A stretch of DNA of 64,000 nt. It comes from Bacteroidota bacterium. Lineage in GTDB: Bacteria > Bacteroidota > Bacteroidia > UKL13-3. Shown piece after piece: positions 1-10,007 of the stretch. The notes under the pieces are model-generated. The model ran no database searches and had not been told where the DNA came from. It was given only the letters and a program-made list of their open reading frames with translations. Every line of letters begins with the position of its first letter. Within the stretch, counting starts at the first letter, position 1. The translations under genes and the position numbers were made by a program. The stretch is from contig JAIXWD010000014.1 of assembly GCA_027482225.1 (NCBI GenBank), forward strand, positions 74,719 to 138,718, in the 5' to 3' direction.

Positions 1-1173
1 TTGGTGGCAGGTATCATTCTTGGACCAAGCCTTCTCGGAAAGTTTTTACCTGAAGCCAACCAATTGGTTTTTACAACTAATGGCAACCTAGGCATGGTTA
101 TCAATGGAATAGGTTCTATTTCTGTAGTTATGCTCTTGTTTGTTGCTGGTATGGAAGTAGAGTTATCTGTGATTAGACAACAAGGTAAAACAGCTTTTAA
201 AACAAGTTTTGTTGGACTAATAATACCCTTAGTTTTAGGTTTTGGAACAGCATATTTTTATCACGACATGCTAGGAGGAACTGCTGGTAAGGATGTTGTA
301 GTATTTGCATTATTTATGGGAACAGCTATGGCTATTTCAGCATTACCAATTATTGCTCGTACACTAATGGATTTAAATTTATTTAAAACCAAAGTGGGTA
401 TGATTATTATAGCTGCAGCAATGTTTGATGATTTAATTGGATGGATTTTGTTTAGTGTTGTTCTTGGCATGATTAATACAGGTTCCGATCCTTTCCATTT
501 TTTATACACCCTAGGATATACTTTGCTATATGCAATATTGATGTTAACAGGTGGAAGAATTATTATTAACAAAACTTTACCTTGGGCTCAACGTAATTTA
601 AGTTGGCCAGGTGGTGTATTAGCTTTCTCTCTTGGTTTGGCATTTTTGGGAGCTGCATTTACCGAGAAAATAGGAATTCACGCTATTTTCGGAGCTTTTA
701 TTGCAGGCATAGCCGTAGGTGATTCTGTTCATTTTACAGAGAAAGCAAGAGATATTATACACCAATTTGTAACCAATATTTTTGCGCCATTATTTTTTGT
801 TGCTATTGGTTTTAAAATTGATTTTATTCAGAATTTCGATTTACAAATAGTAAGTATTGTATTGATTCTTGCCATTGTTTGCAAACTTTTGGGAGCCGGA
901 TTGGGTGCGTATTGGGGCGGTTTAACTGCAAAAGAAAGTATGGCAGTTGGCTTTGGTATGAATGCACGTGGAGCTATGGAAATTGTATTAGGTCTATTGG
1001 CCTTACAAGCAGGTGTAATAACTGCACCACTATTTGTAGCCTTAGTTATTATGGCTGTAGTAACTAGTATCATGGCTGGACCAATGTTGCAATATTTCTT
1101 AACAGGTGAAATGAAAGTAGCCACAGGTTTAAAGGAAATTATTCCGTTTATTGACGAAGAAAAAGCTTCCTAA
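1..1173 (+). CDS. Cation:proton antiporter (CPA2/Kef-type), probably 5'-truncated by the window edge
   Basis: Multi-TM protein with GIILGPS, LLFVAGME, AAMFDDLIGW, IFGAFIAG and GMNARG motifs. Confidence 0.88.
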   Translation: MVAGIILGPSLLGKFLPEANQLVFTTNGNLGMVINGIGSISVVMLLFVAGMEVELSVIRQQGKTAFKTSFVGLIIPLVLGFGTAYFYHDMLGGTAGKDVVVFALFMGTAMAISALPIIARTLMDLNLFKTKVGMIIIAAAMFDDLIGWILFSVVLGMINTGSDPFHFLYTLGYTLLYAILMLTGGRIIINKTLPWAQRNLSWPGGVLAFSLGLAFLGAAFTEKIGIHAIFGAFIAGIAVGDSVHFTEKARDIIHQFVTNIFAPLFFVAIGFKIDFIQNFDLQIVSIVLILAIVCKLLGAGLGAYWGGLTAKESMAVGFGMNARGAMEIVLGLLALQAGVITAPLFVALVIMAVVTSIMAGPMLQYFLTGEMKVATGLKEIIPFIDEEKAS

Positions 1174-1241
1174 TTATTTAGTCAACTATCTTGTTTCATC
1201 ATTATTATTATATTGCGCTAAAGCATTATTAATAAAACAGG

Positions 1242-3674
1242 ATGAAAAAATTACTTATTACCTTCATATCATTAAGTACAATAGTTTCGGCACAAAATAC
1301 TTACCGAAGCTACTTTAAAGACCAAACAACCTACCGCGAGCATGCCTTAGACATTACTCGCATGAAAGTGGAAGTAAGTTTTGATACCCAAAAAAGTTTA
1401 GTTAAAGGTAAAGTAACCCATAGTTTTATCGTGTTACAAAAACAGGTTGATTCAGTATTTTTTGATGCACCTGGAATCAATATCAAATCGGCTTTAATGG
1501 GAATACAAAACCTACCTTTTAATACAACCGATAAAGGTGTTTGGGTTAAACCAAACAAACCATTGCAATGGGATCAAACCAATACCATTACATTTGAATA
1601 CGAAGCCACACCACGTAAAGGTATTTATTTTATTGGCTGGAATGTTCCTGAAAATCCGATAAAAAATCCTTTTGCAATTCGTAAACAAATATGGACCCAA
1701 GGACAAGGTATTGATAACCGCTATTGGATACCCATGTATGATGATATGAATGATAAATTTATTACGGAAACGGTAGTAACATTTGAAAATGGTTATGAGG
1801 TATTATCAAACGGTACTCTACTTAAAAAAACTGCCAATAAAAACAATACAACTACTTGGCACTACAGCATGACTAAACCACACGCTGGTTATTTGTTAAT
1901 GCTTGGTATTGGTATATACAATATTAAAAAAACGAAGAGTGCACGAGGTGTTCCTATGAATTTATATTACTACCCTGAATATGTCGATAGAGCTGAACCT
2001 ACATACCGCTATAGCGAAATGATGGTTGACTTTTTAGAGCAAGAAACGGGTGTAAATTATCCATGGGAAAGTTACTCGCAAATTATGGTGCAAGACTTTT
2101 TATATGGTGCTATGGAAAACACCACAGCAACAATTTTTGGTGATTTTTTTAATGTGGATGAACGTGCTTACTTAGATAGAAATTATGTAGGCGTAAATTG
2201 TCATGAATTAACCCACCAGTGGTTTGGAGATTATATTACAGCGCGTGATGTTCGTGATACCTGGTTGCAAGAAAGCTGGGCTACCTATTATCCAAAAATG
2301 TTAACCAAAAAGTTATTTGGTGATGATGCATACAATTGGCAACGTAGAGGAGAGCAAAACTCCGCAATTGAAGCTACTAAAAAAGATAAATACCCCATTC
2401 GTTACACTGGTGCGGGCACCGCAAGGGTTTACCCTAAAGGGTCTAATGTTATTAGTATGTTAAGCTATGTTTTGGGTGATGAGCAGTGGAAACGTGCATT
2501 AAATCATTATTTAAAAACACATGCATACGGTAATGTAGAAACCAACGATTTACAGCAAGCTATTCAAGATAAATTGGGTATAGATATGAGTTGGTTTTTC
2601 GACCAATGGGTGTTGCGTGGTGGCGAGCCACAATACACCGTACATTACGAAGATTTAATGGACAAAGATGGCAGCCGCCATACAGAAATAGCAGTAGAGC
2701 AAACACACCAACGAGATGAAGTTGTTGGTTTATTTAAAATGCCGATTGCGTTTGAGGTACATTATGCTGACGGAAGTTTCGAACGTGTGTTAGAGATGAT
2801 TCAGGAACAATTTGAAGTAGTAAAAATTCCGAATCCTAACAAAAAAGAAATTGCGTTTGTATTGTTCGATCCAAATAGCATGGTGATGAAAACAACTCAC
2901 TTTAAAAAGACCTATAACGAGTTAAAAGCTCAAGTAACTAAAGCTCCAAACATGTTAGATAGATATGATGCATTAGTAGCTTTAAAGGACTATGATGTAG
3001 AGAAAAAACGTGAACTGTTAATGGAAGTTTTCAGAAACGAAAAATTCCATGCCATGAAAAGTGAAGTAATAACACAACTGATAAATGATGAAGTAACCAA
3101 CTACCAACTTTTAAGTGTATTTAACGATAAGGAGCCCCAAGCTAAATTAACTTTTATAAAAGCTTATACCGGTAACAATACTTTTTGTTTAAGCGCTATT
3201 TCCAAAGCCTTAACAGACAATAGCTACGATGTGGTGCAAGCTGCTATCGAAAAAATTTGTAAGCTAGATGCCGTAAATGTGAAAATATATTTACCCATAG
3301 TAAAAGATGTTTATGGCATGAACAACAGTGTAAATATTAAATACCATGAGCTGTGTGTAAGCAATAACATTGATGCTAATGAGAATATGAAAGCGTTAAT
3401 TAATTATGCAAGCAACCAATGGGAATTTAGAACACGTAACAATGCTTTTGCATCTATTAAAGCTAGCGGTGTGTATAGTGCATCCTTAATCCCACATTTG
3501 TTTGATGCCATGTTAAATACAAATAGTCGCCTTGCCGGACCAGCTGCTGAGTTAACTAATTTCTTGGCCACTAAAACTACAAACTTAAATGACATGCAAG
3601 CTTGTTTCACTGCTGCAAATTACACTAAAGCACAAAAAGATATTTTAATGAAATATGTAACGGGATTGAAATAG
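1242..3674 (+). CDS. M1 family zinc aminopeptidase with signal peptide and helical C-terminal region
   Basis: GAMEN motif, HELTH..(18)..E zinc motif, YPKG motif. Confidence 0.92.
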   Translation: MKKLLITFISLSTIVSAQNTYRSYFKDQTTYREHALDITRMKVEVSFDTQKSLVKGKVTHSFIVLQKQVDSVFFDAPGINIKSALMGIQNLPFNTTDKGVWVKPNKPLQWDQTNTITFEYEATPRKGIYFIGWNVPENPIKNPFAIRKQIWTQGQGIDNRYWIPMYDDMNDKFITETVVTFENGYEVLSNGTLLKKTANKNNTTTWHYSMTKPHAGYLLMLGIGIYNIKKTKSARGVPMNLYYYPEYVDRAEPTYRYSEMMVDFLEQETGVNYPWESYSQIMVQDFLYGAMENTTATIFGDFFNVDERAYLDRNYVGVNCHELTHQWFGDYITARDVRDTWLQESWATYYPKMLTKKLFGDDAYNWQRRGEQNSAIEATKKDKYPIRYTGAGTARVYPKGSNVISMLSYVLGDEQWKRALNHYLKTHAYGNVETNDLQQAIQDKLGIDMSWFFDQWVLRGGEPQYTVHYEDLMDKDGSRHTEIAVEQTHQRDEVVGLFKMPIAFEVHYADGSFERVLEMIQEQFEVVKIPNPNKKEIAFVLFDPNSMVMKTTHFKKTYNELKAQVTKAPNMLDRYDALVALKDYDVEKKRELLMEVFRNEKFHAMKSEVITQLINDEVTNYQLLSVFNDKEPQAKLTFIKAYTGNNTFCLSAISKALTDNSYDVVQAAIEKICKLDAVNVKIYLPIVKDVYGMNNSVNIKYHELCVSNNIDANENMKALINYASNQWEFRTRNNAFASIKASGVYSASLIPHLFDAMLNTNSRLAGPAAELTNFLATKTTNLNDMQACFTAANYTKAQKDILMKYVTGLK

Positions 3675-3708
3675 TTAACGTATTGTATTAACAGAATATT
3701 TAGAGCAA

Positions 3709-3740
3709 ATAAGCCTCACATGATTGTGGGGCTTTTTTGT
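3709..3740 (+). terminator. Intrinsic terminator after aminopeptidase
   Basis: aagcctcaca-tgat-tgtggggctt followed by T run. Confidence 0.7.
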
Positions 3741-3929
3741 TGGTTAAGAAAAGTCTAAAATAACTAGTTTATGGACGAAGTTTTTCTTCGCTTATCACCC
3801 CAAATTTGGGTGTATAGAGAAAGTTTGCAGCCTAAGGTGATGTTATTTTTATATGGCTAATGATAAAAATTTAGATCGATTAATTTAATTAAACACTTTT
3901 TACCAAGTTGGTGTTAATGTGTTTGAATT

Positions 3930-4122
3930 TAAAACCGTCAGACGCATTTCGCATCAGTACTGTTGAATATAATTTTACTATAACACTCAGAGGTCTGACG
4001 CTTTTAAGCGTTCTGACCTCTGACCTCCCCAAATCCGAAAGCGTTGCTATGTTACCTCAAAAAATGAAATTGGCTATGCGCTATTCTTCGAAAGTAAATT
4101 AACAAAACCTTCTGTTAAAAAA
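3930..4122 (+). repeat. Dispersed ~190-bp REP-like repeat, copy A (inverted copy at 27736-27928)
   Basis: Two hairpins, ccgtcagacgc..gcatcagtactg and gaggtctgacgcttttaagcgttctgacctc; aligns to the reverse complement of 27736-27928. Confidence 0.85.
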
Positions 4123-4223
4123 CCTCAGGAGAAGCATAGCGCAATCCCGAGTGAAATGAAGCATAACCTCGGAAGAACGCCCAAAAAAGTTTGTCAAAAA
4201 CGCCTTCGCAAAATTTATTCCAT

Positions 4224-4255
4224 AAAAAAGCCCCGCATTGCTGCGAGGCTTATTT
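4224..4255 (-). terminator. Intrinsic terminator of the 1839-aa gene
   Basis: aaaaagccccgca-ttgc-tgcgaggctt hairpin with flanking A/T runs. Confidence 0.7.
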
Positions 4256-4274
4256 ATGTATTACCTAAACCTTA

Positions 4275-7200
4275 TTATTTAATGATCACTAAACGATAAG
4301 TCTTGCTAAATTTATCGGTAGTAATATTTGCAAAGTATATACCTGCATTTACTTCCGATGTTTCAATAGTTATACTATTGTTACCACTGGTTAAGTATTG
4401 AGTTGGAATTGCTTTTACAAGTCTTCCGCTCATATCATATAAATCAATAGCAACATTTGTATTTTCAGTTAAATCAAACGATACGTTGGTGATGTTTGAT
4501 GTTGGATTTGGATACAAGGTTACGTTACGAATTGCTGAGACATTTTCTTCAATACCTACTGGAATTACATTTAGTACTTTACTAATGGTATCGACACCTG
4601 CAGTACCCGTAGCAATTAAAGTAACCGTGTAAGTTCCACTAGCAGGGAAATTGAACACCGGATTTTTAACTGTTGAAGTGTCTGATGATGAAGATGTAAC
4701 CCCAAAATCCCAACTGTAATTAGTTACAAATCCTTTTTCGTCAGTAGTATTATTGAAAGTAAACTCACGTGATCCAATTGTTGCGCTTTGCACATAAGTA
4801 AAATCAGCAACAGGATTAGATGAAACATCGTTTACAACCACATTTACACTAAAGGTAGCTTTACCACATGGACTAAATGCTGTTAGTATGGCATTATAAG
4901 TTCCGTTTGATGGATAAACAAATGAAGGGTTAGCTGCAACGCTAGTATCAGTTGTTGAGTTGGTAACACCAAAGTTCCAAAGATAAGCTACTGCATTTGA
5001 AGAAGTGTTTGTAAAGTTAACTGTTCTACCAGTTCCATTTGTTGCTGTAAATCCAGCTAAAGCACCTGGTTTATTGTAAGGAGCAGATGTATATCCTTCT
5101 GATTGTGGGTCGTAATTTGACCAGCAATCTGTCCAGTTGCTATCAGGATTAGAACCTAAAGCACCTCTATATGAGGTTTGTTTGAAGAAAGGATCATTTA
5201 AACGATTTGCTGTAAAACTAGCTCCCGATAATGCAATTGAACTTGGAGCTGGAACAAAGTTAGGATTAGTATAGTTAAAAGGATTTCCCAATACACCATT
5301 TGCTGATGTTAATGTATCACAACCATTAGCAACAATGCTAGCCCTAACAGATGAAGCATTAGCAGAACTATTGTTAATAGCTCTTAAGTTACCGGCTAAA
5401 ACATTGTTACGGAACATCATAGAGTCATTGGCAAATTTTTGTCCTGTACGGGTACCATCTACAAACAATCCATCAGGGAAGCCCATAATAACAGAGTTAA
5501 ATATAGAGGTTGATGAGTTTCTGCGAATACGAGCACCATTTTGGAATGAGTTTGAAGTACTTAATGCTGTTCCTTTAGCTAATGGACCAACTATGGTAAC
5601 ATTAGAGAAAGTTGGATCGGTATATGGTTTTGCTTCTGTTCCCGTTCCATCATTGTCTGATTCAAAACCATTTGTAGTTGGACCACTTCCAATATCATAT
5701 AAGTTAGAATCACGTAAAACAATGGCATTTTGTACTTTACCAGAGAATCCAAAATCAACATCTAAATCATCATCTACGTTACGGAAAGAAATTAAGTTTC
5801 TACCATTTACAGTACCGCCAAACCACTCAAATCCATCATCATCAGCAAAAGACACTTGAATATTTTCTAGTACAGTTGCTGAACCTAATCCACCCATAGT
5901 TAAACCATTTATTTCGTTACCTGGGGTAATTACTGTTCCTCCATATTCTAAACGAACATATCTTAAGGTACCAGCGTTATGAGTATCATCATTACCACCA
6001 TATAAACCATCGCCATTTGCATTATCAATATCACCTTCAATTGCATTTTGAATACCTGGTTCATTAGCAGCAACTGCACTACCAGGACAAGCTGAACAAT
6101 CTGTAGGACGATTAACTTTAGCTTTACCTAAAATGATTAAACCACCCCAATCGCCTTTAGCACGTTGGCCAGCAGCTTTTGCCGAAGTGAAAATAATAGG
6201 TTGGTTTTTAGTTCCATTTGCCTCGATTTTACCATTACGGGTAATGATTAGAGATGCTTTATCAGCACCACCTTTAATAATGGTACCTGATTGAATGTTT
6301 AATGTTGCATTGTTTTTAACAAAAACATAACCGTTTAAGGTATATATCGTGTCACGGAACAAAGTAGTGTTTGTTGTAATTTCACCTGACAACGCTTTTA
6401 CTGGAGAATTAATACCAGTTACTACAATTTGTTTGATTGCTTGAGCTACACAACCATTAGCACTTGTTACAACTAGTTTTACCTGAAAAGTTCCGTTTGT
6501 AGTATATTGTCTAGTTGGGTTAGCAACGGTTGAAGTTCCTCCATCGCCAAAAGACCAGCTATAAGTTGAAGCATTAGTAGTAGAGTTTAAGAAAGATACT
6601 GAACCATTTGAACCCAATGATGAACTGAAGTCAACAGTTGGTAATACGTTTACTGTTGCTGCTACTGATGTTCTTGTTGCTGTTGTACAACCGTTTGCTG
6701 TTGCATCTATGAAGTAAGTTGTAGTTGCAGTAATACTTGGTGTAGTATAAGATACGCCTGTTGCTATTGATGTTCCCCCTGTTAAGGTTGGATACCAGTT
6801 AATCGTACCTGCACTCGCTGTTGCACCTAATACTACTGTTCCTGAACCACAACGGCTCGCTGGTGTACTTGCTGTAATGGTTGGAACTGCATTTACCGTC
6901 ATTACCGATGCTGCACTTGTTGCAGTTGGTGTAGAGATACATGCTGCATTTGATGTTAACACCACCGAGATGCTATCATTGGTTACCAAAGTGGCAGATG
7001 TAAATGTAGGTAAGTTTGTGCCCACGTTAACACCGTTTCTTATCCATTGGTAACTTGGTGATGATCCTCCGTTGGTTGCATTTGCTGTAAAGGTTACACT
7101 TGTTCCGTTACAAATAGTTGTTCCAGGGTTAGCAGATATTACTACTGTTGGCGTTACTGTTGAACTGGTTAATGTTATGCTGTTACTGTTTGAGGTAACA

Positions 7201-9794
7201 TTTACTAAACATGGGGTTGCGTTTGATGTCATCACTACTGAAACTGAGTCTCCGTTTAATGCGCCACTTAATACATAGGTGTTTGTTCCCGTTCCAACAT
7301 TTGCACCATTTCTTATCCATTGGTAAGTTGGCAATGAGCCACCATTGGTTGGAGTAGCAGTAAATGTTATTGGAGCTGAACCGCATATTGCAGTGGTATT
7401 TGATGAAATACTTACAGATGATGTTAAGTTCGAATTAACTGTTGCTGCTACTGATGTTCTTGTTGCTGTGGTACAACCATTCGCAGTTGCATCTACAAAG
7501 TAATTAGTATTTGCTGCTATACTTGGTGTGGTAAACGATGTACCTGTTGCTATTGATGTTCCGCCTGTTGCACCTGCATACCAGTTGATAGTACCTGCAC
7601 TTGCTGTTGCGCCTAATACCACTGTTCCTGTTCCACAACGACTTGCTGGTGTGCTTGCTGTAATGGTTGGAATTGCATTTACTGTTGCTGTTACTGATGT
7701 TCTTGTTGCTGTTGTGCAACCATTAGCTGTTGCATCAACATAATAAGTAGTTGTTGCTGTTATACTTGGTGTAGTAAAAAATGCTCCTGTTGAAACACTT
7801 GTTCCGCCTGTTAATGCAGTGTACCAGTTAATTGTACCTGCACTCGCTGTTGCGCCTAATACTGCTGTTCCTGTTCCGCAAATAGCAGCAGGTGTGTTTG
7901 CTGTAATAGTTGGGATTGCGTTTACAATAACAGCTACTGCTGTTGAAGTATCGCTACATCCACTTGCGTTTCTTACTAATACACGGTAACTACCTGAGGC
8001 TGTTGCGGTGTATGAAGCGTTGGTTGCTGTTGCAATTGGTGCATTGTTGTTTAACCATTGATAAGTTAATCCTGTTCCTGTATTTGCATTAATTATTACG
8101 CTTCCTCCTGAACAAAATGTAGTAGTAGTTGCTGCAGTAGCAGTTGCTGTTGGTAATGGAGCAATTGTAACTGTGATACTATCTGTTTTTTTACAACCTG
8201 TTGCATTGTCTGTTATTGTTACAATATATGTTCTAGTTGTATTAGTATTTACAATAGGACGAGCAATTGTTGTGCTACTTAAACCCACAGTTGGTAACCA
8301 TGAATAGCTGTAGCCAACTCCTAAATCTGTGCCAATTGTTACTGTTCTACCAATACAAATGGTTGTATCGTTACCTGCATTAACAACAGGAACGAAATTG
8401 TTTAGTGGAGCTACATCGTAATTGGCTGCATTTGGGTTAAAGTTACACCAGCATTTTGTCCAATCATCGGTACCCATAGCACCACGGAATGTAGTTGGTG
8501 TAAAGTAAGAATCAGCAATACGAGGAGCAGTAAATGAAGCACCAGATAAAGCAATTGAACCAGTAGCTGGTAAGAAATTTGGATTGGTGTAATTAAAAGC
8601 ATTGGTTAACACGCCATTGGCAGAAAATACAGAATCAGTACCTTGACTAAAAATGCTAGATCTAACAGTAGCAGCGTTAGCTGAAGAGTTGTTTATAGCT
8701 CTTAAGTTACCCGCTAAGATATTGTTGCGGAACATCATTGAGTCAGTGGCAAATTTTTGTCCAGTACGGGTACCATCTATAAATAATCCATCAGGGAAGC
8801 CCATAATAATGGAGTTAAATATAGAGGTTGATGAGTTCCTGCGGATACGTGCACCATTTTGGAATGAATTTGATGTACTTAGTGCAGTTCCATTAGCTAA
8901 TGGGCCAACTACAGTAACATTAGAAAATGTTGGGTCGGTAAATGGTTTTGCTTCTGTTCCTGATCCATCATTGTCTGATTCAAAACCATTTGTAGTTGGA
9001 CCAGTTCCAATATCATATAAGTTAGAATCGCGCAATACAATGGCATATTGTACTTTACCTTTGTAACCAAAATCTACGTCTAGGTCATCATCTACATTGC
9101 GGTTAGAAACTAACCATTTTGCATTTACACTACCACCAAACCACTCAAAACCATCATCATCTGCAAATGAAACCTGAACATTTTCAATGGTAGTAGATGA
9201 ACCTAAACCACCCATGGTTAATCCATTGATTTCGTTACCTGGTGTAATTACAGTTCCAGCAAATTCAATACGCACAAATTTTAAAATACCTGCATCGTGA
9301 GTACTATCAGTACCTCCGTATAAGCCATCACCAATTGCATTATCAATATCACCTTCAATTGCATTTTGAATACCTGCCTCATTAGCAGCAATTGCAGAAC
9401 CTGGACAAGTTGAGCAATCAGTAGGACGATTAAGTATAGCTTTACCTAAAATTACCACACCACCCCAATCACCTTTGGCACGTTGGCCGGCAAGTTTTTC
9501 TGAAGTAAATACTATTGGTTGGTTAGCTGTACCGTTGGCGTTAATTTTTCCATTTCGGGTAATTATCAATGTAGATTTGTTTCCGAATTTTCCTTTAACA
9601 ATGGTACCAGGTTGAATGGTAAGAGTTGCATTGTTTTTAACAAAAACATAACCATCTAATGTATAAATGGTATCGTTGAAGAATGTAACATTACTAGTAA
9701 TACTACCAGAAATGGTCCTTACCTTTTGCGCAAATGCTGCACTTAAAGTAAAAACCAACGTAATCAATAATAAGTTGAGTTTTTTCATATACAT
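4275..9794 (-). CDS. Large T9SS-secreted protein: two copies of a ~430-aa TBDR-partner (putative beta-helix) domain, Ig-like repeats, PKD domains, T9SS CTD
   Basis: Signal peptide; duplicated NEINGLTMGGLGS..DDDGFEWFGG..NGFESDNDG domain; WSFGDG/WNFG/WDFG PKD motifs; C-terminal LYPNPT..GIYF..LVIIK. Confidence 0.85.
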   Translation of the reverse strand: MYMKKLNLLLITLVFTLSAAFAQKVRTISGSITSNVTFFNDTIYTLDGYVFVKNNATLTIQPGTIVKGKFGNKSTLIITRNGKINANGTANQPIVFTSEKLAGQRAKGDWGGVVILGKAILNRPTDCSTCPGSAIAANEAGIQNAIEGDIDNAIGDGLYGGTDSTHDAGILKFVRIEFAGTVITPGNEINGLTMGGLGSSTTIENVQVSFADDDGFEWFGGSVNAKWLVSNRNVDDDLDVDFGYKGKVQYAIVLRDSNLYDIGTGPTTNGFESDNDGSGTEAKPFTDPTFSNVTVVGPLANGTALSTSNSFQNGARIRRNSSTSIFNSIIMGFPDGLFIDGTRTGQKFATDSMMFRNNILAGNLRAINNSSANAATVRSSIFSQGTDSVFSANGVLTNAFNYTNPNFLPATGSIALSGASFTAPRIADSYFTPTTFRGAMGTDDWTKCWCNFNPNAANYDVAPLNNFVPVVNAGNDTTICIGRTVTIGTDLGVGYSYSWLPTVGLSSTTIARPIVNTNTTRTYIVTITDNATGCKKTDSITVTIAPLPTATATAATTTTFCSGGSVIINANTGTGLTYQWLNNNAPIATATNASYTATASGSYRVLVRNASGCSDTSTAVAVIVNAIPTITANTPAAICGTGTAVLGATASAGTINWYTALTGGTSVSTGAFFTTPSITATTTYYVDATANGCTTATRTSVTATVNAIPTITASTPASRCGTGTVVLGATASAGTINWYAGATGGTSIATGTSFTTPSIAANTNYFVDATANGCTTATRTSVAATVNSNLTSSVSISSNTTAICGSAPITFTATPTNGGSLPTYQWIRNGANVGTGTNTYVLSGALNGDSVSVVMTSNATPCLVNVTSNSNSITLTSSTVTPTVVISANPGTTICNGTSVTFTANATNGGSSPSYQWIRNGVNVGTNLPTFTSATLVTNDSISVVLTSNAACISTPTATSAASVMTVNAVPTITASTPASRCGSGTVVLGATASAGTINWYPTLTGGTSIATGVSYTTPSITATTTYFIDATANGCTTATRTSVAATVNVLPTVDFSSSLGSNGSVSFLNSTTNASTYSWSFGDGGTSTVANPTRQYTTNGTFQVKLVVTSANGCVAQAIKQIVVTGINSPVKALSGEITTNTTLFRDTIYTLNGYVFVKNNATLNIQSGTIIKGGADKASLIITRNGKIEANGTKNQPIIFTSAKAAGQRAKGDWGGLIILGKAKVNRPTDCSACPGSAVAANEPGIQNAIEGDIDNANGDGLYGGNDDTHNAGTLRYVRLEYGGTVITPGNEINGLTMGGLGSATVLENIQVSFADDDGFEWFGGTVNGRNLISFRNVDDDLDVDFGFSGKVQNAIVLRDSNLYDIGSGPTTNGFESDNDGTGTEAKPYTDPTFSNVTIVGPLAKGTALSTSNSFQNGARIRRNSSTSIFNSVIMGFPDGLFVDGTRTGQKFANDSMMFRNNVLAGNLRAINNSSANASSVRASIVANGCDTLTSANGVLGNPFNYTNPNFVPAPSSIALSGASFTANRLNDPFFKQTSYRGALGSNPDSNWTDCWSNYDPQSEGYTSAPYNKPGALAGFTATNGTGRTVNFTNTSSNAVAYLWNFGVTNSTTDTSVAANPSFVYPSNGTYNAILTAFSPCGKATFSVNVVVNDVSSNPVADFTYVQSATIGSREFTFNNTTDEKGFVTNYSWDFGVTSSSSDTSTVKNPVFNFPASGTYTVTLIATGTAGVDTISKVLNVIPVGIEENVSAIRNVTLYPNPTSNITNVSFDLTENTNVAIDLYDMSGRLVKAIPTQYLTSGNNSITIETSEVNAGIYFANITTDKFSKTYRLVIIK
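5095..9722 (-). repeat. Intragenic duplication, ~8425-9722 vs ~5095-6400
   Basis: Long identical DNA stretches, e.g. ccatcattgtctgattcaaaaccatttgtagttggacc in both copies. Confidence 0.92.
6648..7923 (-). repeat. Three ~81-aa Ig-like repeats (6648-6897, 7435-7680, 7678-7923) plus two related ~90-aa modules
   Basis: LGATASAGTINWY...DATANGCTTATRTSV x3; TNGGSxPxYQWIRNGxNVGT x2. Confidence 0.9.
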
Positions 9795-9804
9795 AAATTT
9801 TCTT

Positions 9805-9860
9805 CAAATTTAAATGAAGTGTATTTAGTAATACTTACTTTAATATTAATTAAAGGTTAA
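9805..9860 (-). promoter_or_regulatory. -7 promoter box TAAATTTG plus 11-bp-period TTAAC-like repeats
   Basis: caaattta at 9805-9812; + strand cttac/attaa/gttaa at 9834, 9845, 9856. Confidence 0.55.
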
Positions 9861-9952
9861 GATTCAGCGTGCATGATTTTCAATTAGTGGTGAAATGAAA
9901 ATAAAATAACTAACGAAAATGAAATATGATCAATAAATAACAACGACCAATA

Positions 9953-9990
9953 TAAACAAATAAAGCCCTTTAAAGGGCTTTATTTGTTTA
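9953..9990. terminator. Perfect 38-bp palindrome, likely terminator of the TBDR gene
   Basis: taaacaaataaagcccttt|aaagggctttatttgttta. Confidence 0.75.
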
Positions 9991-10007
9991 AAAAAATCAG
10001 GTGTCAT

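Noticed and set aside
3908..4102. 64-aa ORF, and similar ORFs at 28099-28296, 36484-36693 and 36492-36674
   Set aside because: They lie on the dispersed palindromic repeats and have no protein-like features.
5095..9722. Duplicated domain considered as a DGR template/variable repeat pair
   Set aside because: Both copies are in frame in one gene, differences are not adenine-specific by eye, and no reverse transcriptase is present.
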